From Candidatus Latescibacterota bacterium (GTDB lineage: Bacteria; Latescibacterota; UBA2968; UBA8231), in the NCBI GenBank assembly GCA_964291625.2, contig OZ220090.1:992001-1056000 (forward strand): DNA of 64,000 nucleotides. The letters are read 5' to 3'. The position numbers and the translations under genes were made by a program. The notes under the pieces were generated by a model that was not told the origin of the DNA, ran no database searches, and was given only the letters and a program-made list of their open reading frames with translations. Each line of letters opens with the position of its first letter. Position 1 is the first letter of the stretch. This document shows, piece after piece, positions 27,944-37,729 of this stretch.

Positions 27944-28178
27944 GGCGTCGCCGCCGGCCCGGGGGTGAAGCGGGTCCTGGGGGTCGAGGTGCCGGTGCCC
28001 TCACGCGCGTCCGGCCCGGCTCGCGGGGGTGCGATCTGTCGGTGATCCCCTGCCCACTCCCGGCGTCGCCACCGGCCCGGGGGTGGAAGCGGGTCCTGAG
28101 GTCAGATGCAGATGCCCTCGCGCTCGTCCGGCCCGGCTCGCGGCGTTGCGCTCTGTCGGTCGGTCCCCTGCCCCCAGC
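27944..28178. repeat. Imperfect tandem duplication, two units of about 118 bp
   Basis: ggcgtcgccRccggcccggggg..gaagcgggtcctg..gtccggcccggctcgcgg..tctgtcggt..tcccctgccc at 27944 and 28062. Confidence 0.8.
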
Positions 28179-28245
28179 GCGCGCCTGGCGGCCCCGGCGC
28201 TCTCCCCCGTGCGGGAGTCCGAGCCCGCATGCACCAGGACCACGA

Positions 28246-29607
28246 TTACTCCACCCAGCGGCGGCGCACCGCCTCCAGGGCCGAGTCCCGGTCCCGGAGG
28301 CGGCCCTCGAGCTGCTCGTCCTCCACCCAGCGCAGGATCTCGCCGAAGGTCCGGCCCGGCTCCAGGCCGAGGGCGATCAGGTCCCGGCCATCGAGCAGCG
28401 GCGGCGGGCGCAGGCGCTTCCCCTCCTCCTCCTCGGCCGCTCTCAGCGCCTCCTGGCAGAACTCGTGGAGGTCGAGCATGCCGTGGCTCGCCCCGCAGTC
28501 GATGCGGTGCAGCTCGAGGAGCTCGTCGAAGCCCTCCTGCCGCAGGAAGCGCTTGAGCTTGCCGGGGCGCATGCTCCGGGCGTTGCGGAAGCGCATGTGC
28601 TGGGCCGTGAGCATTCGCAGGCGCCCGGCGTCGCGGTTGGAGAACCGCAGGCGCCGGGCGATCACGTCGACCATCTCGGCGCCGATCTCGTCGTGGCCGT
28701 GGAAGCGGATGCGGTCGGACTCGCTGAAGGTGGGCGGCTTGCCCACGTCGTGGAGCAGGACCCCCCAGGCCAGGGTGGGCTCTGGCTCGTCGAGAGCGTC
28801 CACCTGCTCCAGCATGATCAGCACGTGCTGCCAGACGTCGCCCTCGGGGTGGTGCTCCGGGGGCTGCTCGACCCCCTTGAAGGCGGCCACCTCGGGCAGG
28901 ACCCGCTCGAGCAGACCCGAGGCCAGCAGCAGCTCGAAGCCCTTGGCGGCGGCCCCCTCGACGAGGATCCGCGTCAGCTCGTCGCGCACGCGCTCGGCGG
29001 CGAGGGCGTCCACCATGTGGGCGCACTCCCGGATGGCCTGCCAGGTGCCGGCCTCTATCTCGAACCCGAGGCTGGCGGCGAGGCGCACGGCCCGCAGGGT
29101 GCGCAGCCCGTCCTCGGCGAAGCGCTCGGCGGGATCGCCGATGGCGCGGATCCGTCGGGCCTCCAGGTCCTTCACACCCGCCACGTGGTCGATCACCCCC
29201 GCGCCGCCGGGATCGTGGAACAACCCGTTGACGGTGAAGTCGCGGCGCCGGGCGTCCTCCTCGGGGCCGGTGAACTCGACGCGCTCCGGGCGGCGGCCGT
29301 CGGCGTAGGGCCCCTCCCGCCGGAAGCGGGCCACGTGGTACTCCCCCTGCGGCAGGCGCACGAGGACGATCCCGAACTGCGCCCCCACGGGGACGGCGTG
29401 CTCGAAGAGCTCCATCACGCGGCCGGGGTCGGCGTCGGTGGCCACGTCCCAGTCGTGGGGTGGGCGGCCAAGCAGCAGGTCGCGGACGCACCCCCCGGCG
29501 AGGTAGGCCGTGTGGCCGGCGCCCCGGAGCCGGTCGACCACCTCCGCAGCGCCGGGATCGACCTGCCCGGGCTCGATCCGATCCACTATCCGGCGCACTT
29601 GCCCCAC
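28246..29607 (-). CDS. cca: CCA tRNA nucleotidyltransferase / poly(A) polymerase family with HD domain
   Basis: GGCVRD, DWD, DARRRDFTVN, RFAEDGLR, LLHDVGK; start approximate. Confidence 0.88.
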   Translation of the reverse strand: MGQVRRIVDRIEPGQVDPGAAEVVDRLRGAGHTAYLAGGCVRDLLLGRPPHDWDVATDADPGRVMELFEHAVPVGAQFGIVLVRLPQGEYHVARFRREGPYADGRRPERVEFTGPEEDARRRDFTVNGLFHDPGGAGVIDHVAGVKDLEARRIRAIGDPAERFAEDGLRTLRAVRLAASLGFEIEAGTWQAIRECAHMVDALAAERVRDELTRILVEGAAAKGFELLLASGLLERVLPEVAAFKGVEQPPEHHPEGDVWQHVLIMLEQVDALDEPEPTLAWGVLLHDVGKPPTFSESDRIRFHGHDEIGAEMVDVIARRLRFSNRDAGRLRMLTAQHMRFRNARSMRPGKLKRFLRQEGFDELLELHRIDCGASHGMLDLHEFCQEALRAAEEEEGKRLRPPPLLDGRDLIALGLEPGRTFGEILRWVEDEQLEGRLRDRDSALEAVRRRWVE

Positions 29608-29668
29608 TCCGGCGCCCCGGCTAGGCTCTGGGCCCGCCCGGCCCTCGGGCGGGGAGGACGGAGACGAG

Positions 29669-30286
29669 ATGAGCGGGAACCGCGTGAAGGCGGCCAGGGC
29701 GCTGTTGAGCACCTCGGACCGGTCGGGGCTGGCGGAGTTCGCCGCGGCCCTGGTGGAGCTGGGCGTCGAGCTGGTGAGCACCGGCGGCACGGGGCGGGCC
29801 CTGCGCGAGGCGGGCCTCCAGGTGACCGAGGTCTCGGAGGTGACGGGGTTCCCGGAGATGATGGACGGACGGGTGAAGAGCCTGCATCCGAAGATCCACG
29901 GCGGCCTCCTCGGCCTGCGGGGCAACGCCGATCACATGGCCACCCTTCAGCGCCACGGGATCGCCCCCTTCGAGCTGGTCTGCGTCAACCTCTACCCCTT
30001 CGAGGAGGCGATCTCCCGCCCCGGCTGCACCCTGGCCGAGGCGATCGAGAACATCGACATCGGCGGACCCGCCATGCTGCGCTCGGCGGCCAAGAACCAC
30101 GCCTCGATCTACGTGGTCAGCTCGCCGGACCAGTACCCGGAGACGATCGAGCGGCTGCGCGCCGACGGCGGCCGCATCGACCCGGCCTACGGCATGCGCC
30201 TGGCCGTGGAGGCCTACCGCCTCACGGCGCGCTACGACACCGCCGTCAGCGGCTACCTCGCGGCGCAGGCGGCCTCGGCCTCCTGA
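29669..30286 (+). CDS. purH: Stand-alone IMP cyclohydrolase (PurH N-terminal MGS-like domain)
   Basis: STGGT, GRVKSLHP, VNLYPF, NIDIGGPAMLRSAAKNH; ends at about 205 aa with no AICAR transformylase domain. Confidence 0.85.
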   Translation: MSGNRVKAARALLSTSDRSGLAEFAAALVELGVELVSTGGTGRALREAGLQVTEVSEVTGFPEMMDGRVKSLHPKIHGGLLGLRGNADHMATLQRHGIAPFELVCVNLYPFEEAISRPGCTLAEAIENIDIGGPAMLRSAAKNHASIYVVSSPDQYPETIERLRADGGRIDPAYGMRLAVEAYRLTARYDTAVSGYLAAQAASAS

Positions 30287-30293
30287 ACCCGGG

Positions 30294-31415
30294 TCACCGC
30301 CCCTCCCCCGCCAGCACCTGCCGCAGGCGCCGGGCGACGACCTCCTCCTCCCCCTCCTCCATCATGTAGGGGTTGAACTCGACGGACCGCTCCCCGTGGA
30401 AGACCTCGATCCGCGGCTCTCCCGACGACAGGGCCCCGGCCGCCCCGGCCCCGTCGAGGCCCACGGCCTCCGGGTCCCAGGCGACGTTCAGTCCCGGGGC
30501 GACGTTGGAGCGCCCCGTCTGCTCGTTGACCGCGGTCTCGACCGTGTCCAGGCCCCGCACGGCGCCGCCGATGACCTCCAGGCGCCGCAGCCAATCCCGC
30601 CACTCGGCCTCGTGGTCCCGCCGCACCCACATCTCCACGGCGGCCAGCAGCCCCATCACCTCCTCCTTGCCCGCCTTCATCGGCCGGCCCAGGGAGTGGT
30701 GGGGGGCGCCGTTGCGGAACGCCGCCTCGAGCAGCTCCCTCTCGCCGAGGATCAGGCCGGAGGCCTGGGGCCCCCGCAGGCACTTCCCGCCGCTGTAGGC
30801 GACGGCGCTGGCGCCCTCGGCCAGGTAGCGGTTGGGCACGTCCGGCCGCTCGGCGGCGGCGTCGACGAGGCTCGGGATGCCGTGGCGGCGGCCGACGGCG
30901 GTCATCTCCGGCACCGGGATCGGGCCGCGGTCGCCGGCGTCGCCGAAGATCAGCAGCATCGCCGTGCGCTCGCTCACCGCCGCCTCCAGCTCGTCCATGG
31001 TCTCGACCTCGACCAGGCGGGCGCCGGTCATGCGCACGGCGCGGTCGTACCCGTGGCGGTGGCTCTTCTGCACGATCACCTCGTCCTTCATGCCCGTCGC
31101 GTCGGGCAGGCGCTCCATCTTCTCGGGATCGGTGCCGGCCACGCACGCGGCGGCCACCTGGCAGAGGGCGGCGGCGCAGCCGTTGACGACCAGGCCCCAC
31201 TCGCACTCCATCAGCTCGGCGATGCGCTCGCCCACGGCCTCGGCCAACTCGTCGAGGTGGACGTAACGCCTCGAGGCCTCCTGCATGGCCGCCCTCGCCT
31301 CGGGCAGCAGCAGGGAGCCGCTGATGATGGTGTAGGTGCCGCGGCAGTTGATCAGCGGCCGCACGCCGATGGAACCGTAGGTCGGAAACCGCAGGCCGGG
31401 GGCCTCTCCACTCAC
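30294..31415 (-). CDS. SelA/DgaE-like PLP-dependent enzyme
   Basis: PLINCRGTYT..SGS, VDAAAE, YSGGKCLRGPQ, RPMKAGKEE. Confidence 0.85.
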   Translation of the reverse strand: MSGEAPGLRFPTYGSIGVRPLINCRGTYTIISGSLLLPEARAAMQEASRRYVHLDELAEAVGERIAELMECEWGLVVNGCAAALCQVAAACVAGTDPEKMERLPDATGMKDEVIVQKSHRHGYDRAVRMTGARLVEVETMDELEAAVSERTAMLLIFGDAGDRGPIPVPEMTAVGRRHGIPSLVDAAAERPDVPNRYLAEGASAVAYSGGKCLRGPQASGLILGERELLEAAFRNGAPHHSLGRPMKAGKEEVMGLLAAVEMWVRRDHEAEWRDWLRRLEVIGGAVRGLDTVETAVNEQTGRSNVAPGLNVAWDPEAVGLDGAGAAGALSSGEPRIEVFHGERSVEFNPYMMEEGEEEVVARRLRQVLAGEGR

Positions 31416-32632
31416 AGTACGTCCTCCGCGTGTTCGGCCAGGTGGGCCTCCATGGAGGCCATCCCGGCGCTGGGGTCGAGGTTCACGCCCTGGCGGGCGA
31501 AGGCCACGCCGAGAGCGTGCAGGGTTCGGAACAGGTTCGGCGCCCGGCACTGCTCCCCCATCTGGCCGATGCGCACGGCCGGGATGCCGAAGGAGTCGGC
31601 GATGAGCACCTTGAAGCGGTCGGTCATGTACTTGCGGGCCACGCCGTCGTCGACGCCGTCGGGGACGCGGATCGCCAGGACCGAGTTGAGGCGGTACGCG
31701 GCGGGGGCGTAGAGCTCCAGGCCCATGGCCTCGACGCCGGCCTGCAGGGCCAGGGAGCTGTGCAGGTGGCGCTTGAAGCGGCGCGGCAGGGTCTCCTCGA
31801 TGATCAGGCGCAGGGCCTCGTGCAGGGCCAGCAGGGCGGGCACCGGCGCCGTGTAGTGGTAGGCGTCCTCCCCCCAGAACCGCTCCGCCCGGGCCGCGTC
31901 GAGGCACCAGTGGGGCCTGGGGCCCTCGCGGCCCTGGATCACCTCCCAGGCCCGGGGGGAGAAGGAGATGAGGGAGACGCCGGGCAGCGACGACAGCCCC
32001 TTCTGGCTGCCGGTGACGACCACGTCGATGCCCCACTCATCCTTCTTCAGCGGCATCGTGCTCAGGGTGCAGACGGCGTCGATGATGGTCAGGGCGCCGT
32101 GGTCGCGGGCCAGGGCCACCATCTCCTGCAGATCTCCGGTGAGCACGCCCGAGGAGGTCTCGCCCTGGACCAGGGTCACGGCGTCGAACCGCCCCTTGCC
32201 CAGGGCCTCCTCGACCAGGCCGGCGCACACGGGCCGGCCGTCGGGCCCGTCCAGGACCGTCACCTCGGCGCCGACGCCGGCGGCCATCTCGGCGAAGCGT
32301 CCGCTGAACAGGCCGTTGCGGCAGACCAGCACCCGCCGGCCGGGCCACAGCAGGTTGCCCACGGCCATCTCCATCGCCGCCGAGGCCGGCCCGGAGACGC
32401 CGTAGATGCGCTCGTCCCGGGTCTGGAAGACGTAGCGCGACATCTCGCGGATGTGGCGCACCACCATGGCCATGGTGTCGCCCACATGGTTGATGACCAT
32501 GCCGCCGGCGCGCGCCACCTCCGCCGGCACCGGCACCGGGCCGGCCGTCATCAGCAGCAGGGGCTCGGCCGGCAGGACCTGGGTCAGGGGGGGCGGCTGC
32601 GGCCGCCGGATGTCCTTGTCCACGGGGGTCAC
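31412..32632 (-). CDS. Alanine-glyoxylate / serine-pyruvate aminotransferase (class V)
   Basis: LMTAGP, ETSSGV, IDAV, GSQKGL..PG, RIGQMG. Confidence 0.9.
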   Translation of the reverse strand: MTPVDKDIRRPQPPPLTQVLPAEPLLLMTAGPVPVPAEVARAGGMVINHVGDTMAMVVRHIREMSRYVFQTRDERIYGVSGPASAAMEMAVGNLLWPGRRVLVCRNGLFSGRFAEMAAGVGAEVTVLDGPDGRPVCAGLVEEALGKGRFDAVTLVQGETSSGVLTGDLQEMVALARDHGALTIIDAVCTLSTMPLKKDEWGIDVVVTGSQKGLSSLPGVSLISFSPRAWEVIQGREGPRPHWCLDAARAERFWGEDAYHYTAPVPALLALHEALRLIIEETLPRRFKRHLHSSLALQAGVEAMGLELYAPAAYRLNSVLAIRVPDGVDDGVARKYMTDRFKVLIADSFGIPAVRIGQMGEQCRAPNLFRTLHALGVAFARQGVNLDPSAGMASMEAHLAEHAEDVL

Positions 32633-32644
32633 GGCGGGTCCTCG

Positions 32645-34048
32645 TCAGATGTTGATCGACCGGCCGAAGGCGGCGGCGGCCGCCTCCATCACCCCCTCCG
32701 AGAGCGTCGGGTGGGCGTGCACGGTGCCGGCCAGCTCCTCCCAGGTCGCCTCCAGGGTCAGGGCCAGACCCAGCTCGGCGATCAGCTCGGTGGCCTCGGG
32801 CCCGACGATGGAGGCTCCCAGCAGGTCGCCGTAGCGGGCCCCGAAGACCAGCTTGATGAGCCCCGCCGTGTCGCCCGAGGCGCGCGCCCGGCCGCTGGCG
32901 GTGAGGGGGAAGCGGCCCACCTTCACCTCGATCCCCCGGGCCTCCGCCTGGGCCTGGGTCAGGCCGACGCCGGCCACCTCCGGGTCGCTGTAGATGCACC
33001 GCGGGATCGAGGCCGGGTCCGGTCTTCCCCGCCCCTGGCCGGCCATCGCCTCGGCCGCCGCGGCGCCCTCGGCCGAGGCGGCGTGGGCGAGTTGCGGCGG
33101 CCCGATGAGGTCGCCGATGGCGAAGACCCCCGGCACCGGGGTCTGGTAGTCGTCGTCCACGGGGATCCGGCCGCGGTCGGCGCGCAGGCCGAGGGCGGCC
33201 AGTCCGAGCCCTCCGGCGTTGGCGGTGACGCCCACGGCCATGAGCACACGCTCGCCCTTCACCTCGGCGGCGCCCTCCGGGCCTTCGAAGGTCACGGTGG
33301 CGCGCCGGGCCCTGGACGTGGTCTTCACGCCCGTGACCCGGACCCCGGTGCGCACCTCGACGCCGTCGGCCTCCAGGGCGGCGGTGAGGACGGTTGCCGC
33401 TTCCGGATCCTCCCCCGGCAGGATCTGCGCCTCGGCCTCCAGCAGGATCACCCGGGTGCCGAAGGCGCCGTAGAACGACGCGAACTCCACGCCGATGGCG
33501 CCGGCGCCGATGATCACCAGGGTACCGGGGCGCTCGGGCAGAACCATCGCCTCGCGGCTGGAGATGACGCGCTCGCCGTCGATGTCGACGCCGGGCAGGC
33601 TCACCGGCCGTCCGCCGGTGGCCAGCAACACCCGCTCCGCCCGCAGGCGGACGGGGTCGCCGTCGTCGGGCGCCACCTCGACCTCGCGGGTGGGGGTGAG
33701 CCTCCCGCGGCCGCGCACCACCTCGACCCGGTTCTTCTTCATCAGGGCGGCGACGCCGCCGGACAGCTCCTCGACGATGCGGCGGCTGCGGCCGATGACC
33801 TGTTGCCAGTCGTGGCCGATCTCGCCGGTGGTGAGGCCGAACTCCCCGGCCCGGCGCAGCAGCCGCAGCACCTGGGCCTGGCGCAGCAGGGCCTTGGTGG
33901 GGATGCAGCCCCAGTTGAGGCAAGTGCCTCCGAGACGTTCATCGGCCTCCACCAGCGCGACGCGCAGGCCGAGCTGGGAGGCGCGGATGGCGGCGGCCGA
34001 GCCCCCGGGGCCGCCGCCGATGACTACGAGATCGATAGAGTCGCTCAT
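32645..34048 (-). CDS. lpdA: Dihydrolipoyl dehydrogenase
   Basis: GGGPGG, GGTCLNWGCIPTK, GAGAIGVE, HAHPTLSE. Confidence 0.95.
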   Translation of the reverse strand: MSDSIDLVVIGGGPGGSAAAIRASQLGLRVALVEADERLGGTCLNWGCIPTKALLRQAQVLRLLRRAGEFGLTTGEIGHDWQQVIGRSRRIVEELSGGVAALMKKNRVEVVRGRGRLTPTREVEVAPDDGDPVRLRAERVLLATGGRPVSLPGVDIDGERVISSREAMVLPERPGTLVIIGAGAIGVEFASFYGAFGTRVILLEAEAQILPGEDPEAATVLTAALEADGVEVRTGVRVTGVKTTSRARRATVTFEGPEGAAEVKGERVLMAVGVTANAGGLGLAALGLRADRGRIPVDDDYQTPVPGVFAIGDLIGPPQLAHAASAEGAAAAEAMAGQGRGRPDPASIPRCIYSDPEVAGVGLTQAQAEARGIEVKVGRFPLTASGRARASGDTAGLIKLVFGARYGDLLGASIVGPEATELIAELGLALTLEATWEELAGTVHAHPTLSEGVMEAAAAAFGRSINI

Positions 34049-34090
34049 GACGTTGACGGGAAAAGAGGAAAGAATCTAATCTAACGCGCC

Positions 34091-34561
34091 GTGAATCCCG
34101 CCGCCGACCGCCCCCTCGTCATCTACAGCGACGGCGCCTGCTCCGGAAACCCCGGACCGGGCGGCTGGGCCGTGGTGATGCGCTACCCCGACGGCCGCAC
34201 CCTGGAACTGGGCGACGCCGTGCCCGACACGACCAACAACCGCATGGAGATCCAGGCCGCCATCGAGGGCCTGAAGGCCGCGGGCGATGCCGGCGCCGTG
34301 GTCATGGTCACCGACAGCGAGTACCTGCGCAAGGGCATCACCGAGTGGATCCACGGGTGGAAGCGGCGGGGCTGGCGGACGGCGGCGAAGAAGCCGGTCC
34401 TCAACCAGGACCTGTGGCTCGAGCTGGACCGCCTCAACTCCGCCGCCGTGGAGTGGCGCTACACCCGCGCCCACGCCGGGGACCCCGGTAACGAGCGCTG
34501 CGACGAGATCGCCCACGCCTTCTCCCAGGGCTGGGAGCCGCAACTGACCCGGACCGCCTGA
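34091..34561 (+). CDS. rnhA: Ribonuclease HI
   Basis: YSDGACSGNPGPGG, TTNNRME, TDSEY, HAGDPGNERCD. Confidence 0.97.
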   Translation: MNPAADRPLVIYSDGACSGNPGPGGWAVVMRYPDGRTLELGDAVPDTTNNRMEIQAAIEGLKAAGDAGAVVMVTDSEYLRKGITEWIHGWKRRGWRTAAKKPVLNQDLWLELDRLNSAAVEWRYTRAHAGDPGNERCDEIAHAFSQGWEPQLTRTA

Positions 34562-34576
34562 TCGCCGCGCGCCGGG

Positions 34577-35353
34577 TCACAGCCAGCCGCGCAGCCGGTA
34601 GACCACCAGACCCGCGTACTCCTTCACCGCCCGGGTGCTGCCGTCGAGGGCCTCCAGGTCCGGCAGCAGCCGCCAGGGCGAGAACGGCTTGTCCACGACG
34701 CGGAAGTCCGTCGGCGCCGGCACCACGTCGACCCCCGCCTTGCGGAAGACCGCCGCCGCCCGCGGCATGTGGCGGGCCGAGGTCACCAGCAGCACCCGCT
34801 TCAGGCCGCGCTCTTCCAGGAGCCGCGCCGTGTACACGGCGTTCTCGCGGGTGTTGCGCGACCGGCTCTCCAGCAGCAGCTGACCGGGCTCGACGCCGAG
34901 CTCGGCCGCGAGGCGGGCCAGGCGCGCCGCCTCGGGCAGGGTGGAGCCGGTCAGGTAGGGAATGGTCCCGCCGCTGAGGACCAGTCTCGGCGCCCGGCCG
35001 GCGCGCAGCAGCCGCAGGCCGTGGAGCAGCCGGTCGAAGGAGGCGTTCACCTCGACCTCGATGCGGGGCGGCAGCGGCGGCAGGGTGGCACCGCCGAGGA
35101 CGACGATGGCGTCGGCCCGCCGATACTCCTCCACCGGCGCCGGCGGGTGGCGCGACTCCAGGGAGCCGAGGAGCCGGTCGGCGGCCATGGGGTTGCTCGC
35201 CACCAGGACCACGGCGATGCCGGCCAGCAGCGACAGCCGCGCGGCGGCGGTCCGGCCCCGCCAGCGCAGCAGGGCGGCCGCGGCCCACAGACAGGCCGCC
35301 GCCCCCAGGGGGTAGACCAGGGGCGCCAGCAGCTTCGAGAGGAAGAGGAACAC
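34577..35353 (-). CDS. YdcF/ElyC (DUF218) family envelope protein
   Basis: N-terminal TM segments, AIVVLGG, ESRSRNTRENA, LVTSARHMPRA, KEY. Confidence 0.9.
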   Translation of the reverse strand: MFLFLSKLLAPLVYPLGAAACLWAAAALLRWRGRTAAARLSLLAGIAVVLVASNPMAADRLLGSLESRHPPAPVEEYRRADAIVVLGGATLPPLPPRIEVEVNASFDRLLHGLRLLRAGRAPRLVLSGGTIPYLTGSTLPEAARLARLAAELGVEPGQLLLESRSRNTRENAVYTARLLEERGLKRVLLVTSARHMPRAAAVFRKAGVDVVPAPTDFRVVDKPFSPWRLLPDLEALDGSTRAVKEYAGLVVYRLRGWL

Positions 35354-35895
35354 TCAGTCCGGCAGGGGCAGGCGCAGGCGCCGGGCCATCTCGCAGGTGA
35401 CCGCCGCCAGCTGCTCGACGCGCTGGCGCACCTCGCCGCTGGAGATCGACTCGCCGTCGAAGTCGTCGGTCAGGGCATAGACCTGGCGGGGCACGATCCA
35501 GGCGCGCAGGTCGAACATCAGGCTCTGCACCACCGACAGCACGCTCATGTAGCCGAAGCGCCCCCCGGCGGTCGCCATGAGGCCCACGACCTTGCCCGCC
35601 ATGGCGGGTCCGCAGTGTTCGATGACCGCCTTCAGGGTGGCGTTCATGTTGAAGTTGTACACCGGGAAGCAGAGGATCACGCCGTGGGCCCCGGCGAGCA
35701 GGTCCCGCATCTTCTCGGCGCCGTCGGAGGCTCCCTCCCCGTAGGGCAGGATGCTCCCCCCTGGGCCTCGAGCATCAGGGCGCTGGCCCCCTGGCCGCGC
35801 AGGGCCTCGCCCATGGACCGGCAGAGCACGGCCGTGAGGCTGGAGGGCGCGGCGCCGGCGTCGACGACGGCGATGCGGGGGGCGGTCTCGGTCAT
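35354..35895 (-). pseudogene. NAD(P)H-dependent FMN reductase, frameshifted at a homopolymer (35756-35761)
   Basis: ORF 35677..35895 gives the N-terminus (RIAVV..SSLT); other frame has FPVYN..ATLKAVIE, GKVVGLMATAGG; one extra G restores the frame. Confidence 0.8.
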
Positions 35896-35951
35896 GGCGG
35901 GGTCCGGGCGGCGGTGTAATATATGCCGACCACAACCGAGGAGAGATCCCC

Positions 35952-36710
35952 ATGCCCACGCTCCGCCTCACCGCCCTGCTGCTGCTCGCCGCCGCCCCCG
36001 TGCTCTCCGAGCGCGTCCAGGACCCTCCACCCCAGGTGCCGGAGACGGTGATCCCCAGGGCCGCCGGAGCCATCGTCGTCGACGGCGACCCCGGGGACGC
36101 CGCCTGGAGGCAGGCCCCGCCCCTGGAGTTCATCTTCCCCTGGGACGACGTCTCCGGCGGCGGCGCCCAGAGCACGGTGGCGCGCATGCTCTACGACGAC
36201 GACGCCCTGTACCTCCTCTACGAGTGCGTCGACCCCTACCTGGACGCCGAGGTCACCGAGCACGACGGGCCGGTCTACGAGGAGGACGCGGTGGAGATCT
36301 TCGTCACCCCCAACCCGGCGGACGTGAGCGCCTACTTCGGGTACGAGATGAACATCCGGGGGGTGTGGCTGGACTACCTCGCCTTCGGCGGCGGCGAGCA
36401 CGGCACGAAGAGCATCCACTTCGAGTGGCAGGCCGAGGGCGTGCTCATGGGCACCTCCCACGACGGCACCCTCAACGACCACTCCGACACCGACACGGGG
36501 TGGGTGCTGGAGATGGCCATCCCCTTCGACAACTTCCGTCACCTCGGGGGCCGGATCCCGCCCGAGCCCGGCGACGAGTGGCGTCTGAACCTCAACCGCA
36601 CCAAGGGCTACGAGGGGCAGTTCAGCATGTGGTCGGACTCGCACGCCGACGAGGCCTCGTTCCACCACTCGGCGTTCTTCGGGCGGGCCTTCTTCGGCCG
36701 CAGGCCCTGA
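35952..36710 (+). CDS. Secreted carbohydrate-binding family 9-like (CBM9/DOMON-like) protein
   Basis: Signal peptide, IVVDG..W, LYDDDALY, EDAVEIF, WVLEMAIPF, WRLNLNR. Confidence 0.85.
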   Translation: MPTLRLTALLLLAAAPVLSERVQDPPPQVPETVIPRAAGAIVVDGDPGDAAWRQAPPLEFIFPWDDVSGGGAQSTVARMLYDDDALYLLYECVDPYLDAEVTEHDGPVYEEDAVEIFVTPNPADVSAYFGYEMNIRGVWLDYLAFGGGEHGTKSIHFEWQAEGVLMGTSHDGTLNDHSDTDTGWVLEMAIPFDNFRHLGGRIPPEPGDEWRLNLNRTKGYEGQFSMWSDSHADEASFHHSAFFGRAFFGRRP

Positions 36711-36726
36711 GGGAGCGGGAACGGCG

Positions 36727-37470
36727 CTACTCCGTCCAGGTCTCGCCGCCGTCGGAGGAGCGCCGCGTCGTCTGCCTCCACAGGCGGAAGTCCTCGCCCT
36801 TGATGCGGCGGATGTCGGCCACCTCGGCGACGGCCTGCTCGACGCCGACCTCGCCGGAGCCGTCGGGGCGGTTGGTCTCGACGCGCAGGCTCTGGAACTC
36901 CACGTCCTCGCGGAGCAGTTCCCAGACCGCGTGCTGCACCCGCATCTGGCGCCGTTCCAGGGCCTCGCGCTCGAGGTCGCGGACCCGGAAGCGGACCTGC
37001 ACCTGGCCCATGTCCGGATCGAGGCGCATGCCGTAGAAGCGCCCGAAGCCGTCCTCGATGAGGTCGCGCACGTCGTCGAGGCGCAGGGCCAGGGCGGTGC
37101 GCGGCTTGCGCGTCGCCTCGTCGTCGTCCTCTTCCTCCTCGCGGCTCTCGGCGGCCCTCTCCTCCTCCCTCGGCCGGTCGCGGTAGCCCTCGAGGGAGGG
37201 CCCCCAGATCCAGGCCTCGATGCGGAACTTCACCCACTTGCCGTCGCGGGCCACCTCCTCGACCCGGGCGCCTTCGAGGAGGGTGCCGATCTGCCGGCCC
37301 TCGGGGTCGGCGCGGATGTTCTCGGAGGGCTTCTCCACCTCGAAGGTGCGCGAGGCGTAGAGCTGCACGGCGCCGGCGCCGGTGAGGCCGCCGGCCAGCA
37401 GGGCGAGCAGAACGGGCCCGGGCACGAGGAGGCGCCGCCAGGGGCGCCGGGAGCTTTGGTCTGGTTTCAT
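36727..37470 (-). CDS. Exported hypothetical protein with SH3b-like domain
   Basis: Hydrophobic N-terminus; NIRADP..IGTL..G.RV....GKWVK..AWIW pattern; acidic linker. Confidence 0.6.
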   Translation of the reverse strand: MKPDQSSRRPWRRLLVPGPVLLALLAGGLTGAGAVQLYASRTFEVEKPSENIRADPEGRQIGTLLEGARVEEVARDGKWVKFRIEAWIWGPSLEGYRDRPREEERAAESREEEEDDDEATRKPRTALALRLDDVRDLIEDGFGRFYGMRLDPDMGQVQVRFRVRDLEREALERRQMRVQHAVWELLREDVEFQSLRVETNRPDGSGEVGVEQAVAEVADIRRIKGEDFRLWRQTTRRSSDGGETWTE

Positions 37471-37685
37471 GGCAGCGGAGGGGGCCGGTGAGGCCCGCGG
37501 GCGTTCGGAGGGATGTTGCGACGGCGCGGCGTCGGCAGGCTAGCTTACCCGGGGCCCGACGCAGTGTCAAGATGACAGGCCGGCCGCCGCGAATCGTTGA
37601 GCCGGCCGCTGAACTTGCCCATATTCCCGGCCGGCGCCGAGCCGCCCCCCGGGCTCCCTTCCCGCACCCCGGGGTCGGCGGGCTT

Positions 37686-37700
37686 TGGCACGACGCGCGC
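37686..37700 (+). promoter_or_regulatory. Possible sigma-54 -24/-12 promoter
   Basis: TGGCACG then GC at GG-N10-GC spacing, 30 nt before ATG 37730; lacks the TT of TTGC. Confidence 0.3.
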
Positions 37701-37729
37701 CACCGACTCCCTCACAAGGCCCTTCCACG

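Noticed and set aside
27944-28178. CRISPR array
   Set aside because: Only two long units similar along their whole length, no unique spacers and no cas genes
30294-31415. True selenocysteine synthase selA
   Set aside because: Shorter than canonical SelA and no selB, selC or selD nearby; better described as SelA/DgaE-like
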